A stretch of DNA of 64,000 nt from Escherichia coli (GTDB lineage Bacteria; Pseudomonadota; Gammaproteobacteria; Enterobacterales; Enterobacteriaceae): NCBI RefSeq assembly GCF_016903815.1, contig NZ_CP069973.1. One strand, 5' to 3'. The notes beneath the pieces were generated by a model, which was given only the letters and a program-made list of their open reading frames with translations, did no database searches and was not told the DNA's origin. A program made the position numbers and the translations under genes. Each line of letters starts with the position of its first letter. The first letter of the stretch is position 1. Below are positions 43,430 to 53,775 of this stretch, piece by piece.

Positions 43430-44689
43430 TCACTTTGTAATTTGTTCAAAAATTATTCTTTCTTTATCCCATTCATGCAGGTGGGTTCCCACTTCATTCT
43501 CATCAACAAAATAATGAGTATGAAAATCTTTATTGTTATGGAAATGAGTAAAACCGAACAAACATTCTTTGGGTATTTTACCAACTATAGAGTAAACCCA
43601 ATAGGCAACTGCTAGTCCTGTACTTGGTAGACCATCTAGTTTTTTTATAAGTGATTTGTACACATGATTTGGTATAACCGTATATTCCATTTCCATTAAT
43701 TGTGGAGCAAGAAAATATTTGTTTGCATCTCTTCTTTTTATTGTGAAATTATTCGCCGCAAAAATAACAAGTCTATTGTTTTTGAGATTATTATTGCTTA
43801 CTTCTTTATTTGCCACTCTAACCCATATATCCTGCTTTGTACCATAATCATCCGGATAGTCCAGGGTATAATTGTTTATTCTAATCACTGTTTTTTTAGA
43901 ATCAATCAACGCTCCATGACCGGTATTTATTTCTGTTGGTGCATTCCCAACAATACAAAAACTACCAGCGGAATTTCTAATTGATTTTATAAACTCATTT
44001 CGTGATTTTAAGATGTGAGAATATTGTTCACTTCCTCTTTGTATATATGGATCATTAAAAATCTTATTCTTTTTAATCTTGTTAAAAACATAAGGACTGC
44101 TTGTATATTTCAACAGAAACTTTTTCCCTATTTGCTTAATAATTTCATTAGCTTTAGCATCCTTATCATTTTGATATAACATTATTGCCAAGCGTAATTT
44201 TTGACTTTTATTTAAATTTCTCAATGATACATCAGAGCAAAGTCGTGATATTATTCTTTTAAGCCTGTCTGATTTATAGCCATATTTTTGTGAAATAAAA
44301 TCAGAATACCTAAGATTAATAGTTATTTCTTTATTTCTGTAATGCGCTGAAATAAAATGTTTTTCTGTAATATCGCTATAGTTACGATATCTTAGTAACC
44401 AATCAGCAATTGAGTAATGAATGTAACGTGATTTTACTTTATTGAATAAGTAAAAAGGTACTATCCCTACATTATCATGCGTTTTTTTTATCTTTATAAA
44501 CAGCAAAGAATTAATAAAATGAAAAAAATGAACTTTACGTATAAACCAAGAACCTTGTAACTTCACCACATTATCTTCACCTATAAAAATGAGTAATCTC
44601 ATTATTAGCTTGTCATAAATACTATATCTAGAAAAATAAACATCTTGCGCTTTTTTTATGAGTATTTTCTTTATTGACATATTATGCAA
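43430..44689 (-). CDS. Putative capsule glycosyltransferase
   Basis: 419-aa ORF in region 2 between the TagF-like and TagD-like genes; family not resolved. Confidence 0.45.
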   Translation of the reverse strand: MHNMSIKKILIKKAQDVYFSRYSIYDKLIMRLLIFIGEDNVVKLQGSWFIRKVHFFHFINSLLFIKIKKTHDNVGIVPFYLFNKVKSRYIHYSIADWLLRYRNYSDITEKHFISAHYRNKEITINLRYSDFISQKYGYKSDRLKRIISRLCSDVSLRNLNKSQKLRLAIMLYQNDKDAKANEIIKQIGKKFLLKYTSSPYVFNKIKKNKIFNDPYIQRGSEQYSHILKSRNEFIKSIRNSAGSFCIVGNAPTEINTGHGALIDSKKTVIRINNYTLDYPDDYGTKQDIWVRVANKEVSNNNLKNNRLVIFAANNFTIKRRDANKYFLAPQLMEMEYTVIPNHVYKSLIKKLDGLPSTGLAVAYWVYSIVGKIPKECLFGFTHFHNNKDFHTHYFVDENEVGTHLHEWDKERIIFEQITK

Positions 44690-44782
44690 GTTTCTTTTGT
44701 TAGTTCGCTCTAAGCCTCAACAGACATAGGTGTTCATTCCCTTTTCAAGGGGATGAACACCTACCTGAACATAAACATTAAT

Positions 44783-45190
44783 TTAACTGTATTTTTTAAT
44801 CTCCGTAATAAGTTTTGTAGTAGAAATGCCTTCCGTCCTTGGTAAATAAATAACCTCGCATAACTTTTTAAACATATCAAACTTTCCTTCCCAATCATTA
44901 CCCATAATAAGAATGTTAGCTTTATATTTTTTTATATACTCACCTTTTAATTCAAGTGACTCCTCAAGAAATACGTCATCAACATATTGTAGAGAACGAA
45001 TAATTTCACATCGCTCATTTTCTGGGTAAACTGGGTATCTTTGCTTTTTAGAGAAACTTAATGCATCGGATGACACGCCAACAATTAATCGATCACCATA
45101 TTTCTTTGCTCTTTCTAAAATTTTAATGTGGCCAATATGTAAAACATCAAATGTTCCAAAGGTTATGACTGTACGCATTGTATATTCCAA
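44783..45190 (-). CDS. Glycerol-3-phosphate cytidylyltransferase (TagD-like)
   Basis: 135-aa ORF with nucleotidyltransferase motif FGTFDVLHIGH. Confidence 0.85.
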   Translation of the reverse strand: MEYTMRTVITFGTFDVLHIGHIKILERAKKYGDRLIVGVSSDALSFSKKQRYPVYPENERCEIIRSLQYVDDVFLEESLELKGEYIKKYKANILIMGNDWEGKFDMFKKLCEVIYLPRTEGISTTKLITEIKKYS

Positions 45191-45347
45191 TTTATATAAA
45201 GAGAGATTTTTTGATAACGGAAATCAAGATTTAGCAAAATAAATACCATCGCCATCAACCTCACCTCATAAAGTCAGTAAATACAAATGAGAACAAGGTG
45301 ATTTCGTGATAATAATTGCATGAATTACACAACTTGAATGAAGATAA

Positions 45348-46022
45348 TCAATATGTATTAATTGTTATGTTGTTTTTATACTCCTCTATCCCCTCCTGAA
45401 CATCCTCATGAAAACTAACCGCATTATCATCCATAAACACAATGGCCACATCGCAAAACTCTTTCAATGAATTCAAACTATGTGAAACCATTAAAAAACT
45501 AGATTCTTTATGCCTTTCTTTAAACAATTGAGCGCACTTTTCTTTAAACCTGGCATCACCGACCGCCGTTACTTCATCGACGATATAATAATCAAACTTA
45601 AATGCCATGCTTAAACCAAAGCCCAGGCGAGATCGCATACCTGATGAGTAAGTTTTAATCGGCATATCAAAGTACTTACCGAGTTCGGCAAATTCTTCGA
45701 CAAACTCAATTTTCTCTTTCAGTTCTTCTTGCTTCGCGTATAACCGCGCAACAAATTTTACGTTTTCGCGTCCGGTTAAACTTCCCTGAAATCCACCTGC
45801 GAGGCCGACTGGCCATGATATTGTTTTATTAGTGATGATCTTTCCACTGTCGGGGCGGTCAATGCCGCCAATCATTCTCAGTAACGTTGATTTACCCGCT
45901 CCGTTGCGACCAATAAAGGCAACACTTTTTCCTGAAGGGATTTCAATATTTAAATCCTTAAAGACATAGTGTCGACCCGTTGGCGTGCGATAGGACTTCG
46001 TCAAATTCTCAATCTTAATCAT
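45348..46022 (-). CDS. kpsT: Capsule export ABC transporter ATP-binding protein KpsT
   Basis: 224-aa ORF MIKIENLTKSYRTPTGRHYVFK... with Walker A GRNGAGKST. Confidence 0.92.
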   Translation of the reverse strand: MIKIENLTKSYRTPTGRHYVFKDLNIEIPSGKSVAFIGRNGAGKSTLLRMIGGIDRPDSGKIITNKTISWPVGLAGGFQGSLTGRENVKFVARLYAKQEELKEKIEFVEEFAELGKYFDMPIKTYSSGMRSRLGFGLSMAFKFDYYIVDEVTAVGDARFKEKCAQLFKERHKESSFLMVSHSLNSLKEFCDVAIVFMDDNAVSFHEDVQEGIEEYKNNITINTY

Positions 46023-46795
46023 GATGTCAGCATTGCCTCTTCACGCGTTCGGTATAACGCCAGACCGATGAACAGGGTGACCAGAGTGAACATTGCCAGG
46101 TAGTTCAGACTTACGCCTTCGCTGATATAGCCAGGCATAACAGCCTCGCGGCTTAGCTCCACCACATGTACTAATGGGTTCCAGAGTAGATATGACCAGT
46201 ATTGCTTTGGAATCGAGTGTAGAGGGAACATGATGCAGGAGATGAAATACAGCGGCTTAAGCAGTATCGGCAGAACCTTTTGCATTTCGGGGAAGGTTTT
46301 ACCAACGACCATGAATATTAAGCCGACGCCACATGAAAGAATGATCAGCAGGCTCCAGGTAGCCACAAGTTGTAAAAAATTTGTTATCTCGAAATATTCG
46401 CCTGCCATCCAGACAATGAGCATAAGCAGAATATAAACAGCAACGTAAATCAGTGTCTCAAGCAGTGCGCGTGCAATGATCGTATCGATGGGTTTTACTG
46501 GTCGATAATTAAACAACCCCTGATTCGCTTCAATAGCACCTACAGAACGATTGCTGATACTGCTAAAGATAAAAAAGGGAATCAGGCCATTAAGTAAAAA
46601 CACCGGGAATGAGATGTCTGGCATCGTGCGGTGCATAATGTAACCAAAAATGCCCAACAGTATCAGCAAATGCGCAGAGGGTTCGAGAATCGCCCACAAA
46701 TATCCCAGACGGAACTTACCAAAGCGTGTTCGTATTTCTCGTAGAAATAATGCCTCTACGGTGACTTTCTGGACTTCAAATCCACTTCTTGCCAT
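46019..46795 (-). CDS. kpsM: Capsule export ABC transporter permease KpsM
   Basis: KpsM sequence begins MARSGFEVQKVT at codon 48 of the 305-aa ORF; upstream in-frame part is leader. Confidence 0.88.
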   Translation of the reverse strand: MARSGFEVQKVTVEALFLREIRTRFGKFRLGYLWAILEPSAHLLILLGIFGYIMHRTMPDISFPVFLLNGLIPFFIFSSISNRSVGAIEANQGLFNYRPVKPIDTIIARALLETLIYVAVYILLMLIVWMAGEYFEITNFLQLVATWSLLIILSCGVGLIFMVVGKTFPEMQKVLPILLKPLYFISCIMFPLHSIPKQYWSYLLWNPLVHVVELSREAVMPGYISEGVSLNYLAMFTLVTLFIGLALYRTREEAMLTS

Positions 46796-46823
46796 TTGAT
46801 GATGTGATCCTAATCTCTTCAGG

Positions 46824-46835
46824 TACGCTACCGCC
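46824..46835 (-). promoter_or_regulatory. ops (operon polarity suppressor) element GGCGGTAGCGTA in kpsM leader (RfaH-dependent antitermination)
   Basis: Minus-strand GGCGGTAGCGTA is the reverse complement of plus-strand tacgctaccgcc, just upstream of the kpsM start. Confidence 0.7.
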
Positions 46836-47855
46836 CCTGGCTTAACAGCTACCAATACACTGGAGGTAATACTTGACTTGTTTGTAACTGGATAAAATTC
46901 ATTCGGACGGCTTGACCTTTTAATAGCCAAAAACAATTTCAGCAGAAATTATTTCCGCAGGGATAAATAGATCTATTTCCGTCTCGTTTCTTCTAATCCA
47001 TTCTTCAGGCATGAATGTATTCGGTCTTCTGGTAATTTCAGAAAACTGGCCGTTTTAGAATGCAGAGTTAATTTCTCAGGAAATTATTTTTTGTGATTAC
47101 TGTTAACTACTTGATTATAATATCCCCTATGGATTTTATGCGTAACAATACCTACAATCTGTTTCAAACCAGAACGCACGCGATTGATTACCAATAAATT
47201 GTTCACCGAGAAACTATTTCCCTATTTAAAATTCACTCGTGTACTTCTTATTTATATCTACAGCCCCCTCTTTACAGCCATATTTGTGATTCATATCACA
47301 TTTAAATGGTGTTATTTAAGTCGCATCAATAATCCCGAAGGTAATTATTTTCGTCGATTAAAATATACATCTTGATTATTTTGTGTGTTTATTTTAACCA
47401 GTGTTACAACCAACACCATCCCTCAGTAGATATACCTGAGCAGACATTTCTTAAAATCAACGAATAGTTTCACTGGAAATTATTATGCTTATTTGAAATT
47501 CCCTTTCTGATTATCTCCAGGAATTTTACTAATTTCCAAGCTACACAAAATACAGATCACACAAGAATTATCCTATATGTTTTGGCCTATCAATTGTTAC
47601 TCAATGATTTATTGCAACTATTAATAATCATAATGTGTCAAAACACTTAAGCAACTTTACAGTCTGAGAAAGGTGTCGATTAACGAAGGCTACATGGTGA
47701 AAAACAGGTTCCTTCAGTGTTACCGAATATTCCGTGGTGGTCTGGAGGGAGATAATTCTTGCTACATCGAAACTCAGCCCGGTAAGCGGGTTTGACAGTT
47801 CCGCACTCACCATTGGGCTAAGGGTTATCAGGTGGGGTTAAGGAAATGGCAATAC

Positions 47856-48392
47856 CTACCCCCGTCCAAATTCCAGTCGCTGCACATTCACCATCCCAGG
47901 CTTCTCACCCGCACTGACATCAATTTGTGTCACCCGCAGCGCATATTTTTCATCCAGTGCGTTTAACCATTTCAGCAGGTCATTAAACACCACAGGTTCT
48001 ATCCAGACCTGAATATTCTCCCCACGCTCGGCTATTCGCTTGATGACCACAGAGTGCACGGAAGCACTATCGCTGATGACCCGCGATACCTGCGCAGGCG
48101 TTGTTGTGGCAGATTTTCGCGCTGCAATAATATCCGGCGCGGCGCTCTTCAGTCGCGCGTTCATCGCCACCAGCTGCTGCAACATCGTCTCCTGTTGCTC
48201 AATCCGTTCGCTCAACGGCTGCCAGATGAGAACGTAATATCCGGCGCTAAACAGGAACACTACCGCTGCCAGTAACATGCCTTTTTCACGCGGAGAACGC
48301 CCCGCCAGGTGTTGTGTCAGCCAGTGTTCGCCACGGCTTAACTGGCGTTCACGCCATTGCTGAAAATAGTGAATAAATTTATCGCGTAACAT
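47856..48392 (-). CDS. gspM: Type II secretion protein GspM (YghD)
   Basis: 178-aa ORF, last gene of gsp operon. Confidence 0.85.
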   Translation of the reverse strand: MLRDKFIHYFQQWRERQLSRGEHWLTQHLAGRSPREKGMLLAAVVFLFSAGYYVLIWQPLSERIEQQETMLQQLVAMNARLKSAAPDIIAARKSATTTPAQVSRVISDSASVHSVVIKRIAERGENIQVWIEPVVFNDLLKWLNALDEKYALRVTQIDVSAGEKPGMVNVQRLEFGRG

Positions 48393-48393
48393 G

Positions 48394-49572
48394 TTATTTC
48401 CTCCGCAACGTTACGCCGCCGGAAACCGCATCACCATCTTTCTGTAACGCGTCCTGTTGCACAACATAATCTGCCGCCAGTGCGCTACGCAGTTTGTCGA
48501 AGCTGGCAAAGTTCGCAGCCCGTAGCTGGAGGTGAAGCGTCTGGCGTTTTTGATCAAAGGTGAAACCACGCATTTCGATGTCGGTAAGTGACGCTGATTT
48601 CAGGGTACTGGCGATCGCTGACAATTCTGCGAGCAGCCGGGTATCGTCGGCCTGTGGGCGATATTTTTTCAGCGCCATCGTCACCTGAGAGCGTAAATTC
48701 ACAATCCGCTTCTGCTCCGGGAATAGCGTTAAGAACTGTTTCTCCGCCTGGGTGCGGCTTTGCGCCACCTGTTCGCTGACGCTCCATAACGTCACGCCCC
48801 GTTCCACTACCAGCGCAACCAGAATCAGCAATATCGGCAGAATCATCACCCGCCAGCGCGCCCACTGTTTTCGGTAGCTGACACGAGGCTGCCACGGCCC
48901 TGTTAGCAGGTTCCCTTCCGGTTCGCCATAAGTGGTAATGGCTGGCAGAGCCGTAACGGTCAGGCGTTCGGCGTCCGCACCAGCCCATGCAGATAGTTCT
49001 TCCGGTGCAATGCCGACCACGGTTAGCGAAAGCGGTAAATTCTGCTCATTGAGCTGTGCGCGGAACATGACCGGAGCCAGCGCCCGCCCGGCGCTCCATC
49101 CCCGGCATTCATCGATGCGGCAGATAACCCGTTGCGCATCGCCAGCCATAAACCCACAAGGAATGGACATCCAGTCCGGCGCGACGGTAGCGTGGGTGAT
49201 GCCGTTTGCCTGCAACCATTGCGCAATGTTGCGCATATGCTGCTGGTGAATCACAGCTACGGTTGCCAGTTGCTGGTCGATTTTCAACGGGGCGAAATGC
49301 AGTTCATCGATATCCTGGTTCAGCTCTTCTTCCAGCAAGGCGGGCAGAATCGTCGGTATCTGCTTACGGGGCACATCAGGCAGTTCAACCTGCCAGACGC
49401 TGATCCATTCGCCGGGAATATAGAGTCGAATCGCATCAGTTTGCAGCCATTGCTGGAGACATTCATCAGCAACGTCAGGCCAGATGCCGCACTCCACGTC
49501 GGCGGTACGACGCTGCCAACGGATGGGAGCGGAAGCGCAAAGCGGGAAAAAAATCTCAAGGATGGAACTCAC
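48394..49572 (-). CDS. gspL: Type II secretion protein GspL
   Basis: 392-aa ORF, operon position. Confidence 0.85.
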   Translation of the reverse strand: MSSILEIFFPLCASAPIRWQRRTADVECGIWPDVADECLQQWLQTDAIRLYIPGEWISVWQVELPDVPRKQIPTILPALLEEELNQDIDELHFAPLKIDQQLATVAVIHQQHMRNIAQWLQANGITHATVAPDWMSIPCGFMAGDAQRVICRIDECRGWSAGRALAPVMFRAQLNEQNLPLSLTVVGIAPEELSAWAGADAERLTVTALPAITTYGEPEGNLLTGPWQPRVSYRKQWARWRVMILPILLILVALVVERGVTLWSVSEQVAQSRTQAEKQFLTLFPEQKRIVNLRSQVTMALKKYRPQADDTRLLAELSAIASTLKSASLTDIEMRGFTFDQKRQTLHLQLRAANFASFDKLRSALAADYVVQQDALQKDGDAVSGGVTLRRK

Positions 49573-50546
49573 TCACTTTCTCCTGTCTGATGCCAGAGAA
49601 CAGAAAAGTGTTGTGGGCCCATGCGGACAATTAACGAATTCATCGTCAGTTCAATCTCATTCACGGTGATATCTGAACGCAGCCAGAAGTAATTGCTGTC
49701 CACGCTCAGGACGGTTTTTAGCTGTTTTTTAGTACGCTCATCGACGTCAGCGAGTAGCGGCTGTGCAAGAAACTGATCGACATCTTCCCAGCCCTTCGCC
49801 GGACGTTGTTGTAATAACACCCGCGCCTGAACAGGGCTTAACCACGGGTCAAACAGCGCCTCAAGAATCACACTTTGCGTGACGTCTAAGGTATTGATGT
49901 TGATTTGCTGGCGGGTCATCGGCAGCGCACAGACCAGCGGTTTCAGTTTTTGATAAAGCCCGGCGTCCATTCCCTGTACCACGCGCATCTCACTGATATC
50001 GGCCAGCGGTTGATTGGCGGCGTAGAACGGCACCGAGCGGGCGAGATACTCGCTGTCTTCACGCCCCAGACGCGTCTGCACGCTGCGGTCTTCGTCAATA
50101 AACTCCCACAGGCTTTCGGCTATCAGTTCGGCCCGATAAGCAGGCACATCCAGGCGCGTGATCAGGGCAATCAGTTGTTGTACCGCGATAGGACGCGACG
50201 CCGTCGTCGGCTGAGCGAGAGCATTCAGGTTAAAGCAGGCCTGTGCGTCACGCAGAGTGACGGCGATTTGCCCCTGCGGCAGTGGGAAAAAACGAGGGCC
50301 GGAAGCCCACGGCTGCGCCAGATGCACGCGCTTTTCATTTTTCAGGCTCAGACTGAGTGCGCTCAACGCCAGGCTTTCCGCACTGGCGCTGTACCACAGC
50401 GCCTGCTGGTACTCCTGCTGGCTGCGCGTTCGCCCAAGTTGTTGCTGCATTCGCCCGGAAAGCGTGATGGTCACCAGCATCATAACCGCCAGCAATACCA
50501 GCACCACGACCAGTGCCATTCCGCGTTTTGGTGGTGAGGTGATCAT
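49569..50546 (-). CDS. gspK: Type II secretion minor pseudopilin GspK
   Basis: 325-aa ORF, operon position. Confidence 0.85.
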   Translation of the reverse strand: MITSPPKRGMALVVVLVLLAVMMLVTITLSGRMQQQLGRTRSQQEYQQALWYSASAESLALSALSLSLKNEKRVHLAQPWASGPRFFPLPQGQIAVTLRDAQACFNLNALAQPTTASRPIAVQQLIALITRLDVPAYRAELIAESLWEFIDEDRSVQTRLGREDSEYLARSVPFYAANQPLADISEMRVVQGMDAGLYQKLKPLVCALPMTRQQININTLDVTQSVILEALFDPWLSPVQARVLLQQRPAKGWEDVDQFLAQPLLADVDERTKKQLKTVLSVDSNYFWLRSDITVNEIELTMNSLIVRMGPQHFSVLWHQTGESE

Positions 50547-51148
50547 GATAATTGCGGCCCGCGTAACAACCAGATGCGTTCAATTTCGCCCCATTGCGGC
50601 GAATGCAGGGTTATGCGTACCGCCACAGGGATCGCCTGTACTGACGACCAGCTCTCCTGCCAGCGCGTGCCGTCGTAGAACTGCAAACGGAGCGAATCCG
50701 CCGGAATCAACTTTTGCATTGTCGGCTTCACGCTGCCTGCTGCGTCGGTCAGCGGCCAGGCTAACCGTTCGAGATAGCCGTCATGAATGCGGTAACCGAC
50801 GGTGAGCAGATTACTGCGTGGCAGACGCATCAACGGGTTAACCACACCGCCGCGCACAAAGCGCATCCCTTCACTCTCAGACGCCAGCACGCCAGCGCCA
50901 GCCAGTAACGCTGGTTCACGCTGGCCCTGATCGTCTCTTACCGGACGCGGCATCATTTGTGTCAGATCGTGGGTCAGAAAACTCATCGTTTGCTGCATGA
51001 GGTTTAGTTTTTGATCGTGTCCGGCGACGGCGCTATTCACGCGCGTGACGCCGTTAGTCACCTGCTGCGCCATCAGTGCCAGCGAGGCAAAAATGGCAAT
51101 TGCCACCAGCATTTCCAGTAACGTGAAACCAGCGCGAGCCCTTCTCAC
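50543..51148 (-). CDS. gspJ: Type II secretion minor pseudopilin GspJ
   Basis: Prepilin leader MRRARAGFTLLEM. Confidence 0.88.
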   Translation of the reverse strand: MRRARAGFTLLEMLVAIAIFASLALMAQQVTNGVTRVNSAVAGHDQKLNLMQQTMSFLTHDLTQMMPRPVRDDQGQREPALLAGAGVLASESEGMRFVRGGVVNPLMRLPRSNLLTVGYRIHDGYLERLAWPLTDAAGSVKPTMQKLIPADSLRLQFYDGTRWQESWSSVQAIPVAVRITLHSPQWGEIERIWLLRGPQLS

Positions 51149-51516
51149 TGTTGGCCTCCCACGGCGCTAAACCAGGCGCGTCGTGACTGAATCACCGGCG
51201 AAAAGTCTTCGTGAAGGCTGACTTCAATATCCACCGCCTGGAGCAGCGCGTTGCCTGTACTCAGCGGTGTGGTTCGCCAGTACCAGCGGCTTCCTGCCAT
51301 ATCGCTCTCGCCCTGATGCCTGACCGCCCGCTGCTCGCGGGTCATCAGGTAGAGCAGCGCGGTCTGGTTTTCAGCCACCCACCCCGCTACCGTTTTTTCC
51401 TCAAGAACGTGCTGATTACTCAGCGCGCCGCTGGCAATCTGTAACACCGCCGTGGCAGCCAGCGCAAAAATCGCCAGCGCGAGCATCACTTCCAGCAAGG
51501 TAAATCCGCGCTTCAT
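51145..51516 (-). CDS. gspI: Type II secretion minor pseudopilin GspI
   Basis: Prepilin leader MKRGFTLLEV. Confidence 0.88.
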   Translation of the reverse strand: MKRGFTLLEVMLALAIFALAATAVLQIASGALSNQHVLEEKTVAGWVAENQTALLYLMTREQRAVRHQGESDMAGSRWYWRTTPLSTGNALLQAVDIEVSLHEDFSPVIQSRRAWFSAVGGQQ

Positions 51517-52076
51517 CGCATCCTCTCATCACATTGATTGAGGGATAACGCGCCATCGTGTGCCAGTTTTACCGCCCAACATGCGTTTTGCGCCGCCGAG
51601 TAGAAGCGCAGCGTAAACGGCGTGGCGGGTTCAAAAGGCGAAAAACGGATCTGCGGCGTCTTCTTTTTCGCCTCTTTTTGCAGCTCCAGTTCAATATCGT
51701 GCAGCGTCAGGCGACGACGCTGCAGCTCCAGCGCATATTCCTTCTGCCAGATATCACTTCCGGGTTGTAACAGCATCTGCACCTGTTTCGGCACCGTAAC
51801 CTGTGCCGATAACCGGGTCGCAGAAACGGGCAACCACTGCCCCTGACGACGCTGCATAAACTGGTATCCCGGCGGGTCGATTAGTACACCGAGTGTCTGC
51901 CCTTCGATCACTGCCCTGTCTTTAAACTGCGCAAAGCGAGTCAGAAAATCCTGCGCCGCTTTTTTCGCGGGCGATTCAGAATCGGTCGCAAAAGTCTGCA
52001 CCACGCCCGCACTGGCAAGGCCGATAAGGAAAATCACCAGCATGATTTCCAGAAGTGTGAATCCGCGTTCAGGCAC
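51513..52076 (-). CDS. gspH: Type II secretion minor pseudopilin GspH
   Basis: Prepilin leader MPERGFTLLEI. Confidence 0.88.
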   Translation of the reverse strand: MPERGFTLLEIMLVIFLIGLASAGVVQTFATDSESPAKKAAQDFLTRFAQFKDRAVIEGQTLGVLIDPPGYQFMQRRQGQWLPVSATRLSAQVTVPKQVQMLLQPGSDIWQKEYALELQRRRLTLHDIELELQKEAKKKTPQIRFSPFEPATPFTLRFYSAAQNACWAVKLAHDGALSLNQCDERMR

Positions 52077-52079
52077 TGA

Positions 52080-52562
52080 TTACTGAAACTCCTGCAAATT
52101 CCAGTTACCGATATCTGCGCCAGCGCCCTCCCCGTTTTCCTGACCATCTGCCCCCAGGGTATAAACATCAAACAGTCCTTTTTCACCCGGGCTGAGATAC
52201 TGATAATCATTGCCCCACGGATCTTTTGGCAGTCGTTTAATGTATCCACCGGTACGGTAGTTGCGGGAGTCCGCCATATTGGCCGGTTGCTGGATCAGCG
52301 CCTCAAGCCCCTGCTCGGTAGTCGGATAACGCCCGTTATCCAGTCGGTACATATCCAGCGCATTCTCCAGCGCCACGATATCGCTGATGGCTTTTTGCCG
52401 ATCGGCTTTCTCTTTGTTGCCCAGCAGGTTAGGCACCACCAGACTTGCCAGGACGCCAAGAATAACAATCACCACCATCACTTCCAGCAGGGTAAAACCT
52501 GCCCGTGGTTTTTGTGTGCGGGATAACGAATTCATGTGATAACTCCGTAAATTACATTCCAA
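52080..52562 (-). CDS. gspG: Type II secretion major pseudopilin GspG (start probably at internal Met, ~52535)
   Basis: Prepilin leader ...QKPRAGFTLLEVMVV. Confidence 0.88.
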   Translation of the reverse strand: MECNLRSYHMNSLSRTQKPRAGFTLLEVMVVIVILGVLASLVVPNLLGNKEKADRQKAISDIVALENALDMYRLDNGRYPTTEQGLEALIQQPANMADSRNYRTGGYIKRLPKDPWGNDYQYLSPGEKGLFDVYTLGADGQENGEGAGADIGNWNLQEFQ

Positions 52563-53775
52563 CCATATTGTTCAGTTGCAGCATCGGCTCGAGGATGGCG
52601 ATGACGATAAACAGCACCACGCCCGCCATCATCACCACCAGCGCCGGTTCAAACAGCCCTAACGCCAGCCCCACCTGGGTATCAAATTCCCGTTCCTGGT
52701 TGACTGCGGCCTGCTCAAGCATGGTTTCCAGTTCGCCGCTCTGTTCGCCGGAGGCGATCATGTACAGCATCATCGGCGGGAACAGGCGCAACTCCGCCAG
52801 CGCAGCGCGCAGACTGCTTCCTTCGCGGACGCGATCTGCCGCCAGCAGCAGTTGTTGTTCGACATAACGATTTGCCGACACGGCGGCGGCGGTCTGAATG
52901 CCTTCCAGCAGCGGAACACTGCTGGCGGTGAGGATGCTTAATGTGCGGGAAAAACGCGCCGTATTCAGTCCGCGCGCAACACGCCCCGTCACGGGCAAAC
53001 GCAGCAAGGTTTTATCCCAGCGCAGGCGCATCGCAGGATTTTTGAGTAGCCGTTGCCCCAGCACCAGAAGCCCCAGCAAACCCGCCAGCCAGTACACGCC
53101 GCTGGCCTGTAACGCGTCGCTCATGGCGATGAGCGTGCGGGTGGAGGCAGGCAGCGCGTGTCCGAGATGATCAAACTGTTCGATGATTTTCGGCACCACT
53201 GACGTCAGCAAAATAGTGACTACGCCCGTTGCCACCACCAGCAATACCAGCGGATAAAGCATGGCCTGCAGCAGGCGAGATTTCAGGCGCTGTCGCTGTT
53301 CGGTGTAATCCGCCAGGCGATTGAGCACCACGTCGAGATGCCCGGATTTTTCACCGGCAGCAACCATCGAACAAAACAGAGAATCAAAGACGCGGGGATG
53401 TTCGCGCAGGCTGTCCGACAGGGTGTAACCTTCCTGAATCCGGCTGCGCAGCGCCATTCCGAGGCTTTTTACATGCAGTTTTTCACTTTGCTCACTGACC
53501 GCCTGTAAGCAGGTTTCCAGCGGCATTGCTGCCTGTACTAATGTTGCCAGTTGGCGTGTGAACAGCGCCAGATCTGCCGCCGCCACGCGACGATGTGCGT
53601 GCCGCCGACGCTGCAACATCCCCCCTGCCGATGCATTCATCCGGGCTTCAATGTGCACGGGAATGAGGTCTTTACCACGCAACAATTGACGGGCATGACG
53701 CGCGGAATCCGCCTCAATCATGCCTTTGGTTTTGCGACCATTACGCTCCAGCGCCTGATAGTAAAACAGTGCCAT
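52552..53775 (-). CDS. gspF: Type II secretion inner-membrane platform protein GspF
   Basis: 407-aa polytopic membrane protein, operon position. Confidence 0.88.
   Translation of the reverse strand: MALFYYQALERNGRKTKGMIEADSARHARQLLRGKDLIPVHIEARMNASAGGMLQRRRHAHRRVAAADLALFTRQLATLVQAAMPLETCLQAVSEQSEKLHVKSLGMALRSRIQEGYTLSDSLREHPRVFDSLFCSMVAAGEKSGHLDVVLNRLADYTEQRQRLKSRLLQAMLYPLVLLVVATGVVTILLTSVVPKIIEQFDHLGHALPASTRTLIAMSDALQASGVYWLAGLLGLLVLGQRLLKNPAMRLRWDKTLLRLPVTGRVARGLNTARFSRTLSILTASSVPLLEGIQTAAAVSANRYVEQQLLLAADRVREGSSLRAALAELRLFPPMMLYMIASGEQSGELETMLEQAAVNQEREFDTQVGLALGLFEPALVVMMAGVVLFIVIAILEPMLQLNNMVGM

Noticed and set aside
46019-46936. 305-aa version of kpsM
   Set aside because: The conserved KpsM sequence starts at codon 48, and the upstream in-frame stretch contains the ops element of the leader RNA.
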